NCBI GenBank assembly: GCA_016196885.1
Contig: JACPWU010000022.1
Location: 8,763-40,762 of the forward strand
DNA from: Chlamydiota bacterium
GTDB taxonomy: Bacteria; Auribacterota; JACPWU01
Direction of reading: 5' to 3'
DNA: 32,000 nucleotides
Shown: in pieces, positions 1-8,001 of the stretch
How the letters are laid out: each line of letters begins with the position of its first letter
How positions within the stretch are numbered: the stretch's first letter is position 1
The notes under the pieces: model-generated
The model's input: the letters and a program-made list of their open reading frames with translations, nothing else
What the model was told of the DNA's origin: nothing
The model's database searches: none
Position numbers and translations under genes: made by a program

Positions 1-1021
1 CCGATCCATAAAGAACTGTGACTTCTATATCCACCCCTCTCTCATTCTTGGAATAGGTAGAATGAACATAGCCCTGAACATGGCCATCCGCATCTCGATG
101 TTCTGAAAAACGATGTTCAAGCCCGTCTCGATCTCTCCACTCGGAACTCCGCATGGTTCCCCCATTCTGTGTATCGGTGTCCCGTCCTTCTCGAGGGGGT
201 CGAGTCCCAGACCAGCCCCCAATTTCCCTTAGTATTCTCCTGCCGGGTCTGGAAAAACTGCCTCCTCCCTCTGAGACAATACCCAATCCAAGGCGAGATG
301 AAGGAGGAGCCTGGGAAGGCAAAGGAGCCTTTCCAAAAGAACCCAGCTCATCCCTTCCGGGTTCCCTCTCTCCCAAAGAATGCCCTGGAAAACTTTCTTC
401 ATCCCTTGGAAGGACGTCCACCTTTTCTATTTTCTCTGGAGCATCCTCCAAAAGAGGACTGCCAAATTTATCTCCTAAAACCTCTCGATAGGAATTCTCA
501 TCTTTGACTCCTAAAGTTCTTGAGGCATCCCCCAATATATTTCCATTCTCCAGCTCTCCTCGAGCACCCGAAGAAAGGACACCCTTCTCCACAAAATCTG
601 CTTTCCTAACATCCATCGGAATATCCATAGAAGCACTTCCAGAAGAAGGAACATTCGCAGGATTCATGGCGGCACCCATCGAGGGAAGCGGCCCAGCGGA
701 TGCTGGCAAAACAGATCCAGAGCTGCTTGAAGAAGCCGCATCGCGAATGGGTTGAAGCACCTGTGCTCTGGCAGGATCTTGAATCCCTGTTTGGGACAAA
801 AGAGAAGCATCTTGGGGGTTGTGCACAACATCTCTTTCTCCTAAAACCGTTGAAGACGCTCCTCCCTTCTGTGAAGCTGAAAACTGCGTCGAAATCCCTT
901 GTGACAAATTTATTTGGGAAGACCCCGATGTTGAGCTTATCCCCTTCTCATCGGAGGCTCCTTCCACCATCCCAAAAGAAATAAGAACCAGAAATAAACT
1001 GAAAAATTTTCTTCTCATCAT
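1..1021 (-). CDS. Partial CDS running off the window start: secreted Ser/Gly/Pro-rich low-complexity protein
   Basis: Absent from the supplied ORF track because there is no stop inside the window. Hand translation of the minus strand from ATG ATG at 1021/1018 stays open to base 1 (about 340 codons). GAGGAGG lies at 1029-1023, right after the TGA of the upstream gene. N-terminus MMRRKFFSLFLVLISFGMVEG looks like a signal peptide; the rest is low complexity. The + strand ORFs at 153-1064 are antisense shadows of it. Confidence 0.6.
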   Translation of the reverse strand, partial: MMRRKFFSLFLVLISFGMVEGASDEKGISSTSGSSQINLSQGISTQFSASQKGGASSTVLGERDVVHNPQDASLLSQTGIQDPARAQVLQPIRDAASSSSSGSVLPASAGPLPSMGAAMNPANVPSSGSASMDIPMDVRKADFVEKGVLSSGARGELENGNILGDASRTLGVKDENSYREVLGDKFGSPLLEDAPEKIEKVDVLPRDEESFPGHSLGEREPGRDELGSFGKAPLPSQAPPSSRLGLGIVSEGGGSFSRPGRRILREIGGWSGTRPPREGRDTDTQNGGTMRSSEWRDRDGLEHRFSEHRDADGHVQGYVHSTYSKNERGVDIEVTVLYGS

Positions 1022-1029
1022 TCCTCCTC

Positions 1030-1515
1030 TCAATCGCAAAAACCTGGAATATTATTTGGATTAAAACAACCTCCGCTTCCTGGATCCGAGCTCGCACCTG
1101 ATCCTTCGATTGAAGACCCGCCAGAGGATGATTCAGGAACAAGATCGCTCTCCTCAACAGAAGGGGACGACTCCGCCTCATCCGAAACCGCAGGCGAAAC
1201 TTTATCCCTGAGAACCTCCTCGCCTAAAAACGTTTGGGCCTCTTCTACTTCCTGATCATAAGGAGGAAGTCCCATCAAAAGCTGAGGAGGAATCATCTCC
1301 CATCGATAAAGCCTTACTTTTTCAATTCTCCACGGACGGTTTAATAAATTTAATTCCTCTTCGATCTTTTGATCCGACAAATAAGAGGGAGAATCTGCAG
1401 TCACACCCTTGCCCAATACACTTAAAAAAAGAGCAACCCAAAAGGTGATTCGAGAATTAAAGATCCCAATAGAATGAAAGCCCATAAATATTCCTCTCAT
1501 ATTCGGCAAAATCAT
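1030..1515 (-). CDS. Small secreted hypothetical protein
   Basis: ORF with a hydrophobic N-terminal segment (ITFWVALFLSVLGKGVTA), an acidic/Ser-rich C-terminal half and two Cys near the end (GGCFNPNNIPGFCD). Start could be 1515, 1500 or 1485. No family recognised. Confidence 0.45.
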   Translation of the reverse strand: MILPNMRGIFMGFHSIGIFNSRITFWVALFLSVLGKGVTADSPSYLSDQKIEEELNLLNRPWRIEKVRLYRWEMIPPQLLMGLPPYDQEVEEAQTFLGEEVLRDKVSPAVSDEAESSPSVEESDLVPESSSGGSSIEGSGASSDPGSGGCFNPNNIPGFCD

Positions 1516-2803
1516 AATTAGAACTTGTCGTCACATAAGTATAACTCAATTCTACCTTCGCCTTCTCGTTCCAAAAATTTCGAGAGAGTCCACCCCCACA
1601 CGTATAGACATCGTCCAATCTCTCTGGATCCGGCGTAAACTCTACATAATCTTCACTCTGGTATTCCACTCGACTGAAAAGCCGAAGCTTCCAAGGAAGC
1701 GCAAGAGAAATAAAACCGCTGATTCGATGGCTCTCCAGACGAAAGACATTTCCCTCCACGTCATTCCACTCAAAAAAATATCCAGGTCCTAAAACCAATC
1801 TGTTTTGGAACAAATAAAAACACTGCTGAGCGCCCACCTCATAACTCAAGCCATCTCTTGAAAAACGTTCTGGAAAATCCGTATCCGTTTCGAAATTTTT
1901 TTCATGTATGCTGATCTTAGGTCTGAAAACAGCCTGATCCAACCATTGAAAATCGAGTCCTGTAGAAGCTTCATATTCTTCGCTGAAATCCTCCCCTCCC
2001 AAACGGATAAAATGATAATTTCCCTGCAAAAAAGCCTGATAAGGGAAATCACCCCACCTGCCCTTGCGCTGTAAAAAAAGCCTTGGAGAATGACTCATGA
2101 CGTCAAAATCTTCCAGGGTCTCTTCCTCATGAAAACTCTCATAAAAGGTGTAACCTCCTCCCCAGGTAAAAGGCTTTCGACCCTCCTTTTGCTCCCAGAT
2201 TCGAAGTTCTATATCCGCGGAGGCAATCAAGCGATAAGACTCTGTGGCGTCATCTCCTTCTACGTGGCGAGAACGTCCCCTCACATTGTCGTCATACTCC
2301 CCTGATAAACGGAGTAAAAAATTCCAGCGCCGATCTTTTTTGCGCACCCCCTCCACTTGCCGAAGACGTTCCAAAACAGGCAAAACTTCCCTGGCCCTTT
2401 GTGCGTAGAGCGAATCCGGAGCCCTCTTTTGAATGTCAGTTAAAAGACGAATGGACTCTGATAAGTCCCCTCGATAAGCGAGCGCCTGAGCCAAGTGATA
2501 ACGGCAAGAAAAACTTTCAGGTTCAATTTTTAAGGCCTCTCGAAAAAGAAGAATGGCCTCATCTTCTTTGTTCAACTCTACAAGGCATATCCCTTTCATT
2601 CGCAGAAGAAAAGGATCTTGGGGACTTTTTTCAAGAAGCTTGTGAATCACTTCAAGGGCAGGGGCATATTCTTTTCTTTTGATCAAATAGGCTGCACTGT
2701 CCCAACCCTCAGTGTCCTGGAGAGCTGCAAGCCAACCCTGAGAGGTTAAAAGAAAAAAAACAAAAAAGAGACGGATCCTTTTTAACAATTTATTCATTTT
2801 CAT
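1457..2803 (-). CDS. TPR-repeat domain fused to a predicted outer-membrane beta-barrel
   Basis: ORF 1457..2866. Start placed at MKMNKLLKRIRLFFVFFLL (2803) because 2804-2866 belongs to a repeated non-coding element. N-terminal TPR-like helices (YAPALEVIHKLLEKSPQDPFLL..., ILLFREALKIEPES...). C-terminal ~300 aa is beta-strand-like and ends YGLSFYWDL. The architecture recalls TPR+porin exporters; no specific family recognised. Confidence 0.55.
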   Translation of the reverse strand: MKMNKLLKRIRLFFVFFLLTSQGWLAALQDTEGWDSAAYLIKRKEYAPALEVIHKLLEKSPQDPFLLRMKGICLVELNKEDEAILLFREALKIEPESFSCRYHLAQALAYRGDLSESIRLLTDIQKRAPDSLYAQRAREVLPVLERLRQVEGVRKKDRRWNFLLRLSGEYDDNVRGRSRHVEGDDATESYRLIASADIELRIWEQKEGRKPFTWGGGYTFYESFHEEETLEDFDVMSHSPRLFLQRKGRWGDFPYQAFLQGNYHFIRLGGEDFSEEYEASTGLDFQWLDQAVFRPKISIHEKNFETDTDFPERFSRDGLSYEVGAQQCFYLFQNRLVLGPGYFFEWNDVEGNVFRLESHRISGFISLALPWKLRLFSRVEYQSEDYVEFTPDPERLDDVYTCGGGLSRNFWNEKAKVELSYTYVTTSSNYDFAEYERNIYGLSFYWDL

Positions 2804-2818
2804 TCTCTTGGCTAATCT

Positions 2819-2920
2819 CAATGATCTTTCGAGATCATCGTATGCGATGAAAGTTCTCCCCATCATGCTTTTTTCGTAGTCGCCCCATTTATGGGGCTGC
2901 CCGATGAATCGGGCGACTAC
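2819..2920. repeat. REP-like element copy A: 57-nt conserved flank (2819-2875) plus 45-nt compound palindrome (2876-2920)
   Basis: Core is GTAGTCGCC CCATTTATGGGGC T GCCCGATGAATCGG GCGACTAC. The flank CAATGATCTTTCGAGATCATCGT.TGCGATGAAAGTTCTCCCCATCATGCTTTTTT matches 26991-27047 with 2 mismatches. Confidence 0.85.
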
Positions 2921-2929
2921 AAAATGAGA

Positions 2930-4060
2930 TTACAAAATTTTGTCCTTCAACTCGCAAAGCCGAGCATGCTCATTCAAAGCAAAGCGATCCGTCATCCCCG
3001 CAATGTAATCGCAGACCACTTGCTGAAGTTGAGCCCCTTTAAGTTTAGCTTGCGTTGTCTCCTTTAAAAGATGGGGACTTGCTTTATAAAGCTTAAAAAG
3101 ATCACATACTACCTGCAAAGCCTGGTCATTCATTTTTTGCACTTGGGGATGGTTGTAAAGATTTTTAAAAAGGAAACTCCTGAGGGCCTGAACAAGACTT
3201 CGCACTTCTGGACTAAAATCCACCACTCTTTGTCGAACCTCCTTTAATTGATCTAGATTTTGAATTTTATTCTGAGCGATCAAATGATCCGTATATTTTA
3301 CCAAATCTGTGACCATGGTATTGATCATGTTACGAACGGTGTAATAGCAGCGAATCTCTGACGAAACCGACGCATGACCCTTGCGAATCGCCTCAAAGGC
3401 GTGATGCCAAAGCTCCACTTGGGCCAAATCCTTTTCACTTAAGAGCCCTGAAGCCAAGCCATCGTCCACATCATGGCAAAGATAGGCAATGTCATCCGAG
3501 AGGTCGGCCACTTGGGCCTCAAGACTGGAAGTATTCGCGGCTTCCCCCGGCCGATGTTTCTGAATTCCCTCCCGAACCTCCCAAGTCAAATTGAGCCCCT
3601 CAAATTGGGGATAGCGCCTTTCTAATTTTTCAATCATTCTAAGCGACTGATGATTGTGTTCGAAACCCCCTGCCTCCTGCATCATCAAATCTAAAGCCTT
3701 CTCCCCGCTGTGCCCAAAAGGAGGATGCCCCACATCATGTGCCAAGGCAATCGCCTCCGTCAAATCTTCATTCAGCGAAAGCGCCCTGGCAATGTTGCGT
3801 CCGATTTGAGCAACCTCCATGGTATGCGTGAGACGCGTGCGGTAATGATCCCCTTCGTGGTTCACAAACACCTGCGTCTTATATTCCAACCGGCGAAAAG
3901 CCCGCGAATGCACAATGCGGTCACGATCCCTTTGAAAAGCCGTGCGCACCGGATGTTCCTCTTCTGGATAAAGACGTCCCTTCGTCTGGCCACTTTTGCG
4001 CGCATAAGGGGCCAAAATTTTTTCTTCAATTTCTTCGTACCCTTGACGTGTCATCAACAT
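2930..4060 (-). CDS. dgt: dGTP triphosphohydrolase-like HD-domain protein
   Basis: Motifs FQRDRDRIVHSRAFRRLEYKTQV, HYRTRLTHTMEVAQIGR and AHDVGHPPFGHSGE. The ORF extends to 4201, but that part crosses the der 3' end and a heptamer hairpin. Likely start MLMTRQGYEE (4060 or 4054). Confidence 0.85.
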   Translation of the reverse strand: MLMTRQGYEEIEEKILAPYARKSGQTKGRLYPEEEHPVRTAFQRDRDRIVHSRAFRRLEYKTQVFVNHEGDHYRTRLTHTMEVAQIGRNIARALSLNEDLTEAIALAHDVGHPPFGHSGEKALDLMMQEAGGFEHNHQSLRMIEKLERRYPQFEGLNLTWEVREGIQKHRPGEAANTSSLEAQVADLSDDIAYLCHDVDDGLASGLLSEKDLAQVELWHHAFEAIRKGHASVSSEIRCYYTVRNMINTMVTDLVKYTDHLIAQNKIQNLDQLKEVRQRVVDFSPEVRSLVQALRSFLFKNLYNHPQVQKMNDQALQVVCDLFKLYKASPHLLKETTQAKLKGAQLQQVVCDYIAGMTDRFALNEHARLCELKDKIL

Positions 4061-4061
4061 A

Positions 4062-4124
4062 AGTCCATAGTCCATGGTCCATAGTCGACAGTCCACAGTT
4101 TTAATGGACCATGGACTATGGACT
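4062..4124. repeat. Heptamer array H1 forming a perfect 21-bp hairpin
   Basis: AGTCCAT AGTCCAT GGTCCAT AGTCGAC AGTCCAC (4062-4096), then ATGGACC ATGGACT ATGGACT (4104-4124), which is the exact reverse complement of 4062-4082. The der stop codon (4116-4118) lies inside the right arm. Confidence 0.9.
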
Positions 4125-5438
4125 GCTTCTTTTTCGCTTCCCGCTTTGATAAACAAATTTAATAGGCGATCCCTCAAACCCAAAAAGCTTTCTAAATTCA
4201 CGCTCCAAAAAGAACCGATAGGACTCCTTCACGAAACTGGCTTGATTCACATGAATATGAAACTCCGGAGGATGACTTGCCGCCTGCAAAATTCGATCAA
4301 ATCGAGGCATGTGCCCTTCTTCACTGGGCGGCTGGCGAATGGCGAGAAAATTTTCTAGAAATGTTTCCAATTCCTCATCTGAAATTTTCCTCCTTCCACT
4401 TTCATCCACTTGAACAATCTTTTCAATTAGATTGTCTATCTGAAAACCTGTGAGGGCGGAGCAAAAAAGAATGGGATAAATATCTAAAAATTTCCATCTC
4501 TCTCGTAAAGCCTTCGTGTATTCACTTTTTTGAACCTTCTTCACCAAATCCCATTTATTGAGAACCAAAACACAGGCCTTATAACGTTTTCGAATCTCAT
4601 TCAAGATGCGAATGTCTTGAGCCGTCACGCCCTCAGCCCCATCGGTCATCAACACAGTTAAATCTGCCCTTCGAATGCTCTTCAGGGAACGCATCACGCT
4701 AAAAGTTTCGGGCCCCATTTTGACTTGATTTCTTCGCCTCATTCCTGCGGTATCCACAAAAGTGAAAAGATGATTCTTAATTTTAATAGAAACATCAATG
4801 GAATCGCGGGTTGTACCGGGAACGGAATCTACAATCAAGCGCTGCTTTCCTAAAAGGAAATTGATCAGCGTGGATTTTCCCACGTTGGGTTTCCCGACCA
4901 CCGCTACTTTAAGAGAAGATATTTCCTCTTCTTCAATTTTTCCCAAATGTTTTGTCACTTCATCTAGAAGTTCGGCAATGCCGACCCCATGGATGGAAGA
5001 AATCATAAATACAGATTTAAAACCAAAGCTATAAAATTCTTGTGTGTTTTCTTCCATATTAGGATGATCGACTTTGTTCACCACGAGAATCATTTTCTTC
5101 CCAGAACGGCGAATCCAAGCTGCAACCTCATCATCCAAGGGCGTCACTCCATTCTTTGCATCCACAATCAAAAGAACAAGAGCCGCCTCTTCCAAAGCCA
5201 TTTTGACCTGCTCGTGCACTTGACGGTGAATAGAATCCTTCTGACTCTCATCCACTCCTCCCGTGTCTACCAGGCGAAGAGAAATTCCATTCCAGGTGAG
5301 ACGAGCCTCCACGCGATCCCGCGTAATCCCAGGCTCCTCATGAACAATGGAAATACGCCGACCGATCAGACGATTAAAAAGAGTGGATTTTCCAACATTG
5401 GGACGGCCGATGATGGCAACGATGTTTTTCGAGTTCAC
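4116..5438 (-). CDS. der: Ribosome-biogenesis GTPase Der (EngA)
   Basis: Two tandem GTPase domains with P-loops GRPNVGKSTLFNRL and GKPNVGKSTLINFL, plus a KH-like C-terminus. GTG start overlaps the pgsA stop (GTGA). Confidence 0.95.
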   Translation of the reverse strand: MNSKNIVAIIGRPNVGKSTLFNRLIGRRISIVHEEPGITRDRVEARLTWNGISLRLVDTGGVDESQKDSIHRQVHEQVKMALEEAALVLLIVDAKNGVTPLDDEVAAWIRRSGKKMILVVNKVDHPNMEENTQEFYSFGFKSVFMISSIHGVGIAELLDEVTKHLGKIEEEEISSLKVAVVGKPNVGKSTLINFLLGKQRLIVDSVPGTTRDSIDVSIKIKNHLFTFVDTAGMRRRNQVKMGPETFSVMRSLKSIRRADLTVLMTDGAEGVTAQDIRILNEIRKRYKACVLVLNKWDLVKKVQKSEYTKALRERWKFLDIYPILFCSALTGFQIDNLIEKIVQVDESGRRKISDEELETFLENFLAIRQPPSEEGHMPRFDRILQAASHPPEFHIHVNQASFVKESYRFFLEREFRKLFGFEGSPIKFVYQSGKRKRSSP

Positions 5439-6037
5439 AGAGAGAGCACCTTACCGCTTCCATTCAATTGTCTGCTTCCATAAATAAGATAACCGATCCA
5501 AGAGGCAAAGGTAGCTATGGCCGCAATCCATATTGGAACATCCGCATGAGGCCACTTCAATAAAATCCAGAAAACGGTGACCATTTGAGAAAAAGTCGTG
5601 ACCTTACCCAAAACGCTTGGAACGATTTTCACACTTCCATTTAAAATATGAATCAACAAAGCTCCTAACGTAATAAACACATCTCGAGAAATGACAAGCA
5701 CGACAAACCAAAACGGCAAGCGATTCTGCAAGGCATGATTGGGAAGTGCCAAAAGAATGATGGCCGACGTTAAAAGTAATTTATCCGCCAGAGGATCCAG
5801 AAAAGTTCCCAAGCGTGTTTGCTGGTGTCGCGTACGCGCGATAAAACCATCTAACGCATCCGTCAAAATGGCAATTCCAAAAGAGAGCATGGCCCCAATT
5901 CTAAGCCACTCGCTCTTGAACGCATCCGACTCTAAATAGCCCAAAAGCAAAACGACAAACAGAGGAACGAGAAAAATACGCCCCAAGGTAATACGATTGG
6001 CTAAGTTTAATGTAGATTTCTTGAGTTCTGCTTCCAT
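5435..6037 (-). CDS. pgsA: CDP-diacylglycerol--glycerol-3-phosphate 3-phosphatidyltransferase-like protein
   Basis: CDP-alcohol phosphatidyltransferase motif DALDGFIARTRHQQTRLGTFLDPLADK and multiple TM segments. Start at 6037 (MEAELKK...) or 6067. Confidence 0.8.
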   Translation of the reverse strand: MEAELKKSTLNLANRITLGRIFLVPLFVVLLLGYLESDAFKSEWLRIGAMLSFGIAILTDALDGFIARTRHQQTRLGTFLDPLADKLLLTSAIILLALPNHALQNRLPFWFVVLVISRDVFITLGALLIHILNGSVKIVPSVLGKVTTFSQMVTVFWILLKWPHADVPIWIAAIATFASWIGYLIYGSRQLNGSGKVLSL

Positions 6038-6115
6038 CGTCACAGTGATACCCCGTAACCCCTCCATCTCCCCTTAAATTAAGGGGAGAGCAAAACCCCT
6101 CTCATAGTGAGAGCT

Positions 6116-6137
6116 CCCCTCTTATTTCTAAGAGGGG
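6116..6137 (-). terminator. Hairpin downstream of gltX (no U-tract)
   Basis: CCCCTCTTA TTTC TAAGAGGGG, 9-bp stem, about 25 nt after the gltX stop. A second palindrome CTCCCCTTAAATTAAGGGGAG sits at 6068-6088. Neither is followed by a T-run, so terminator function is uncertain. Confidence 0.3.
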
Positions 6138-6162
6138 TTGGGGGAGTTATTAAATTTTTTAT

Positions 6163-7455
6163 CTACCGATCAAGCATGTCTTCCAACCTTTTTAAAACTC
6201 TCTCCCTCCCCAAAAGGCTCATCATCTGAAAAATCCCTGGGCTCACTTGCTTCCCTGTCAAAGCCACCCGGACCGGATGAATCAAATCACCCGCCTTCAC
6301 CCCGAGACGCGTGGCCAAATTTCGAATGCAAGGCTCCAAGGCAGCTTCATTAAAACCGCCCAGCCCTTTTAACTCTTCTAATAGAATTTTCAATCGCTCT
6401 CTGGACTCTGGCGTTGAAAGATATTTTTGAACCGCCTGAGGGTCTGGTTCAATGGAATCCTGAAAAAAATAACAAGCCTCCCTTGGGAAATCAGCCAGCG
6501 TCTTGATGCGCTCTTTAAAAAGAGCCACGAGGGGTTCCAAACTTTCTTCCGAGGGCACCTTTCCAAATTGGGCCTGAACAAAAGGCACTAAATCCTTTTT
6601 CAAACGTTGAGAATCCGCTTGACGAATGTATTGCCCATTCATCCATGTCAATTTTTCCACATCAAAGATAGCACTCTTGCGATTCACCCGATCTAAAGAA
6701 AAAAGACGGATCAAATCTTCACGACTCATTAATTCTAAATCCCCTCCCGGAGACCAGCCCAAAAGCGCCAAGAAATTCATCAGGGCCTCCGGCAAAAATC
6801 CAGCCTCGCAATATTGAAGGAGAGCCGTCGCCCCGTGCCGCTTACTCAAGCGCTCGCCATCCGAACCCAAAATCATGGGAACATGTGCAAAATGAGGCCG
6901 CTTAAAACCCAAAGCCTCATACAAAGCCAATTGCTTGGGCGTATTTGAAAGATGATCATCCCCTCGAATCACATGCGTGACATTCAAAGTTGCATCATCC
7001 ACAACGCAGGCAAAATTATAAGTCGGCGTCCCATCCGATTTCAAAATGACCAACTCATTCAAAAGACTGTTGTCAAATTCTAATTTGCCATAAACCAAAT
7101 CATCGAGTTCGACTTTTTCCGGAGGAATTTGAAAAACAACAGCACCCTCCTTTTCGAAAGCCATGTCCTTTTTCACCAAATCCTGCGCCAGCGAACGATA
7201 AAGATCAAATCGGCTAGACTGATAAATGGGCCCCTCGTCCCAATCGAGGCCGAACCACTTTAGGCTCTCTAAAATTTCATCCCGGAATCGATCTTCAGAA
7301 CGAACCGGGTCCGTATCTTCAATTCTAAGCTGAAAAATCCCGCCCGCATGCCTCGCAAAAAGCCAATTAAAAAGGGCCGTGCGGGCCCCTCCAATATGGA
7401 GGAATCCCGTCGGACTGGGCGCAAAACGAACACGCACTTTTTCTGAAGCTGTCAT
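6163..7455 (-). CDS. gltX: Glutamate--tRNA ligase
   Basis: RFAPSPTGFLHIGGARTALFNWLFAR (HIGH motif) and RLSKRHG (KMSKS-like). Start placed at MTASEKVRVRF (7455); the ORF extends to 7518. Confidence 0.95.
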   Translation of the reverse strand: MTASEKVRVRFAPSPTGFLHIGGARTALFNWLFARHAGGIFQLRIEDTDPVRSEDRFRDEILESLKWFGLDWDEGPIYQSSRFDLYRSLAQDLVKKDMAFEKEGAVVFQIPPEKVELDDLVYGKLEFDNSLLNELVILKSDGTPTYNFACVVDDATLNVTHVIRGDDHLSNTPKQLALYEALGFKRPHFAHVPMILGSDGERLSKRHGATALLQYCEAGFLPEALMNFLALLGWSPGGDLELMSREDLIRLFSLDRVNRKSAIFDVEKLTWMNGQYIRQADSQRLKKDLVPFVQAQFGKVPSEESLEPLVALFKERIKTLADFPREACYFFQDSIEPDPQAVQKYLSTPESRERLKILLEELKGLGGFNEAALEPCIRNLATRLGVKAGDLIHPVRVALTGKQVSPGIFQMMSLLGRERVLKRLEDMLDR

Positions 7456-7564
7456 AAGGTATTGATGATAAAGGAAGTGAGGAAATTTTGCACATGGAAA
7501 AAAATAATCGCAGGTCATTGATCTTGAAAAGGGTGCGGCGTTCAGTCGTCTTCAATTTAATGTC

Positions 7565-7592
7565 TTGAAAAAGTAATATTTTGTATTACAAT
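7565..7592 (+). promoter_or_regulatory. Candidate sigma70-type promoter giving a leaderless RHH transcript
   Basis: TTGAAA (7565-7570), 16-nt spacer, TACAAT (7587-7592). The ATG at 7600 lies 7 nt after the -10 and there is no SD. Confidence 0.35.
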
Positions 7593-7599
7593 ATTATAT

Positions 7600-7743
7600 A
7601 TGAAACAAGAGCTCAAAACCATACGTCTGACCCGACAGGAAGAAAAGGAAATGAACCATTTCCTAAAGGTTCACCCTTATATTCGTAACTTTTCTACTTT
7701 GGTACGCGCGTCTGTTTGGGAATTTTTTAAAAAACATGAATAA
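7600..7743 (+). CDS. Small ribbon-helix-helix (CopG/Arc-like) protein, 47 aa
   Basis: Below the ORF-track size cutoff. MKQELKTIRLTRQEEKEMNHFLKVHPYIRNFSTLVRASVWEFFKKHE fits a beta-strand (TIRLT) plus two helices. It is the first gene of a toxin-antitoxin-like cassette. Confidence 0.5.
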   Translation: MKQELKTIRLTRQEEKEMNHFLKVHPYIRNFSTLVRASVWEFFKKHE

Positions 7744-8001
7744 AAAAAAAAAAAAAATGAAAAGCCTTCCTTTCTATGGGAATATGATTTAACCCATGGA
7801 GAAATCGTGGAGATCCTGAGAGGCCCCCAAAAGAACCGTCTCTGGCTTGTGGGAAAAATCATTGAACATGGGAAATGGGGCGAGGTATGGTCTTACTTAA
7901 CCCTTGAACAAATCGCTTACGATTTTCCCTTGCTACGACTCCCTTCGAAAATAAAAGAACACTGGCGTTATGCACTGGAACGATGGGGGGCCCGTCCATG
8001 A
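7736..8001 (+). CDS. Small protein upstream of the AbiEii-like gene; its N-terminal part is out of frame across the A16 tract
   Basis: Frame 1 is open from 7744 (KKKKNEKPSFLWEYDLTHGEIVEILRGPQKNRLWLVGKIIEHGKWGEVW...ERWGARP) but has no start before GTG 7807. ATG 7736 joins this frame only if the A-run is 17 or 14 nt. The FLWEYDL...IIEHG...W pattern resembles small proteins I recall preceding AbiEii-type genes. Confidence 0.45.
7742..7757 (+). repeat. A16 homopolymer tract
   Basis: Sixteen consecutive A counted directly. It starts in the TAA stop of the RHH ORF and ends in an ATG. Confidence 0.95.

Noticed and set aside
153-1064. Five overlapping + strand ORFs (153-491, 169-507, 504-755, 700-984, 819-1064) encoding Pro/Ser-rich peptides
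   Set aside because: They overlap each other in different frames and lie antisense to a single uninterrupted minus-strand ORF with a signal peptide and SD. They are best explained as shadow ORFs of low-complexity coding sequence.
2804-2866. N-terminal extension MMGRTFIAYDDLERSLRLAKR of the TPR/barrel ORF, and a matching 21-codon ORF (MMGRTFIAHDDLERSLKLIFS) at the second repeat copy (about 26980-27042, minus strand)
   Set aside because: The sequence is part of the repeated non-coding flank of the palindromic element. It has no SD and is followed by a far better signal-peptide start at 2803. Two copies are too few to argue for a conserved peptide.
3710-4358. + strand ORFs 3710-4084 and 4074-4358
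   Set aside because: They are antisense to the well-supported dgt and der genes.
6068-6088. Palindrome CTCCCCTTAAATTAAGGGGAG as an intrinsic terminator
   Set aside because: It has no following U-tract on either strand and abuts the possible pgsA start. It may be a structural or operator element instead, so it is mentioned only under the neighbouring low-confidence hairpin.
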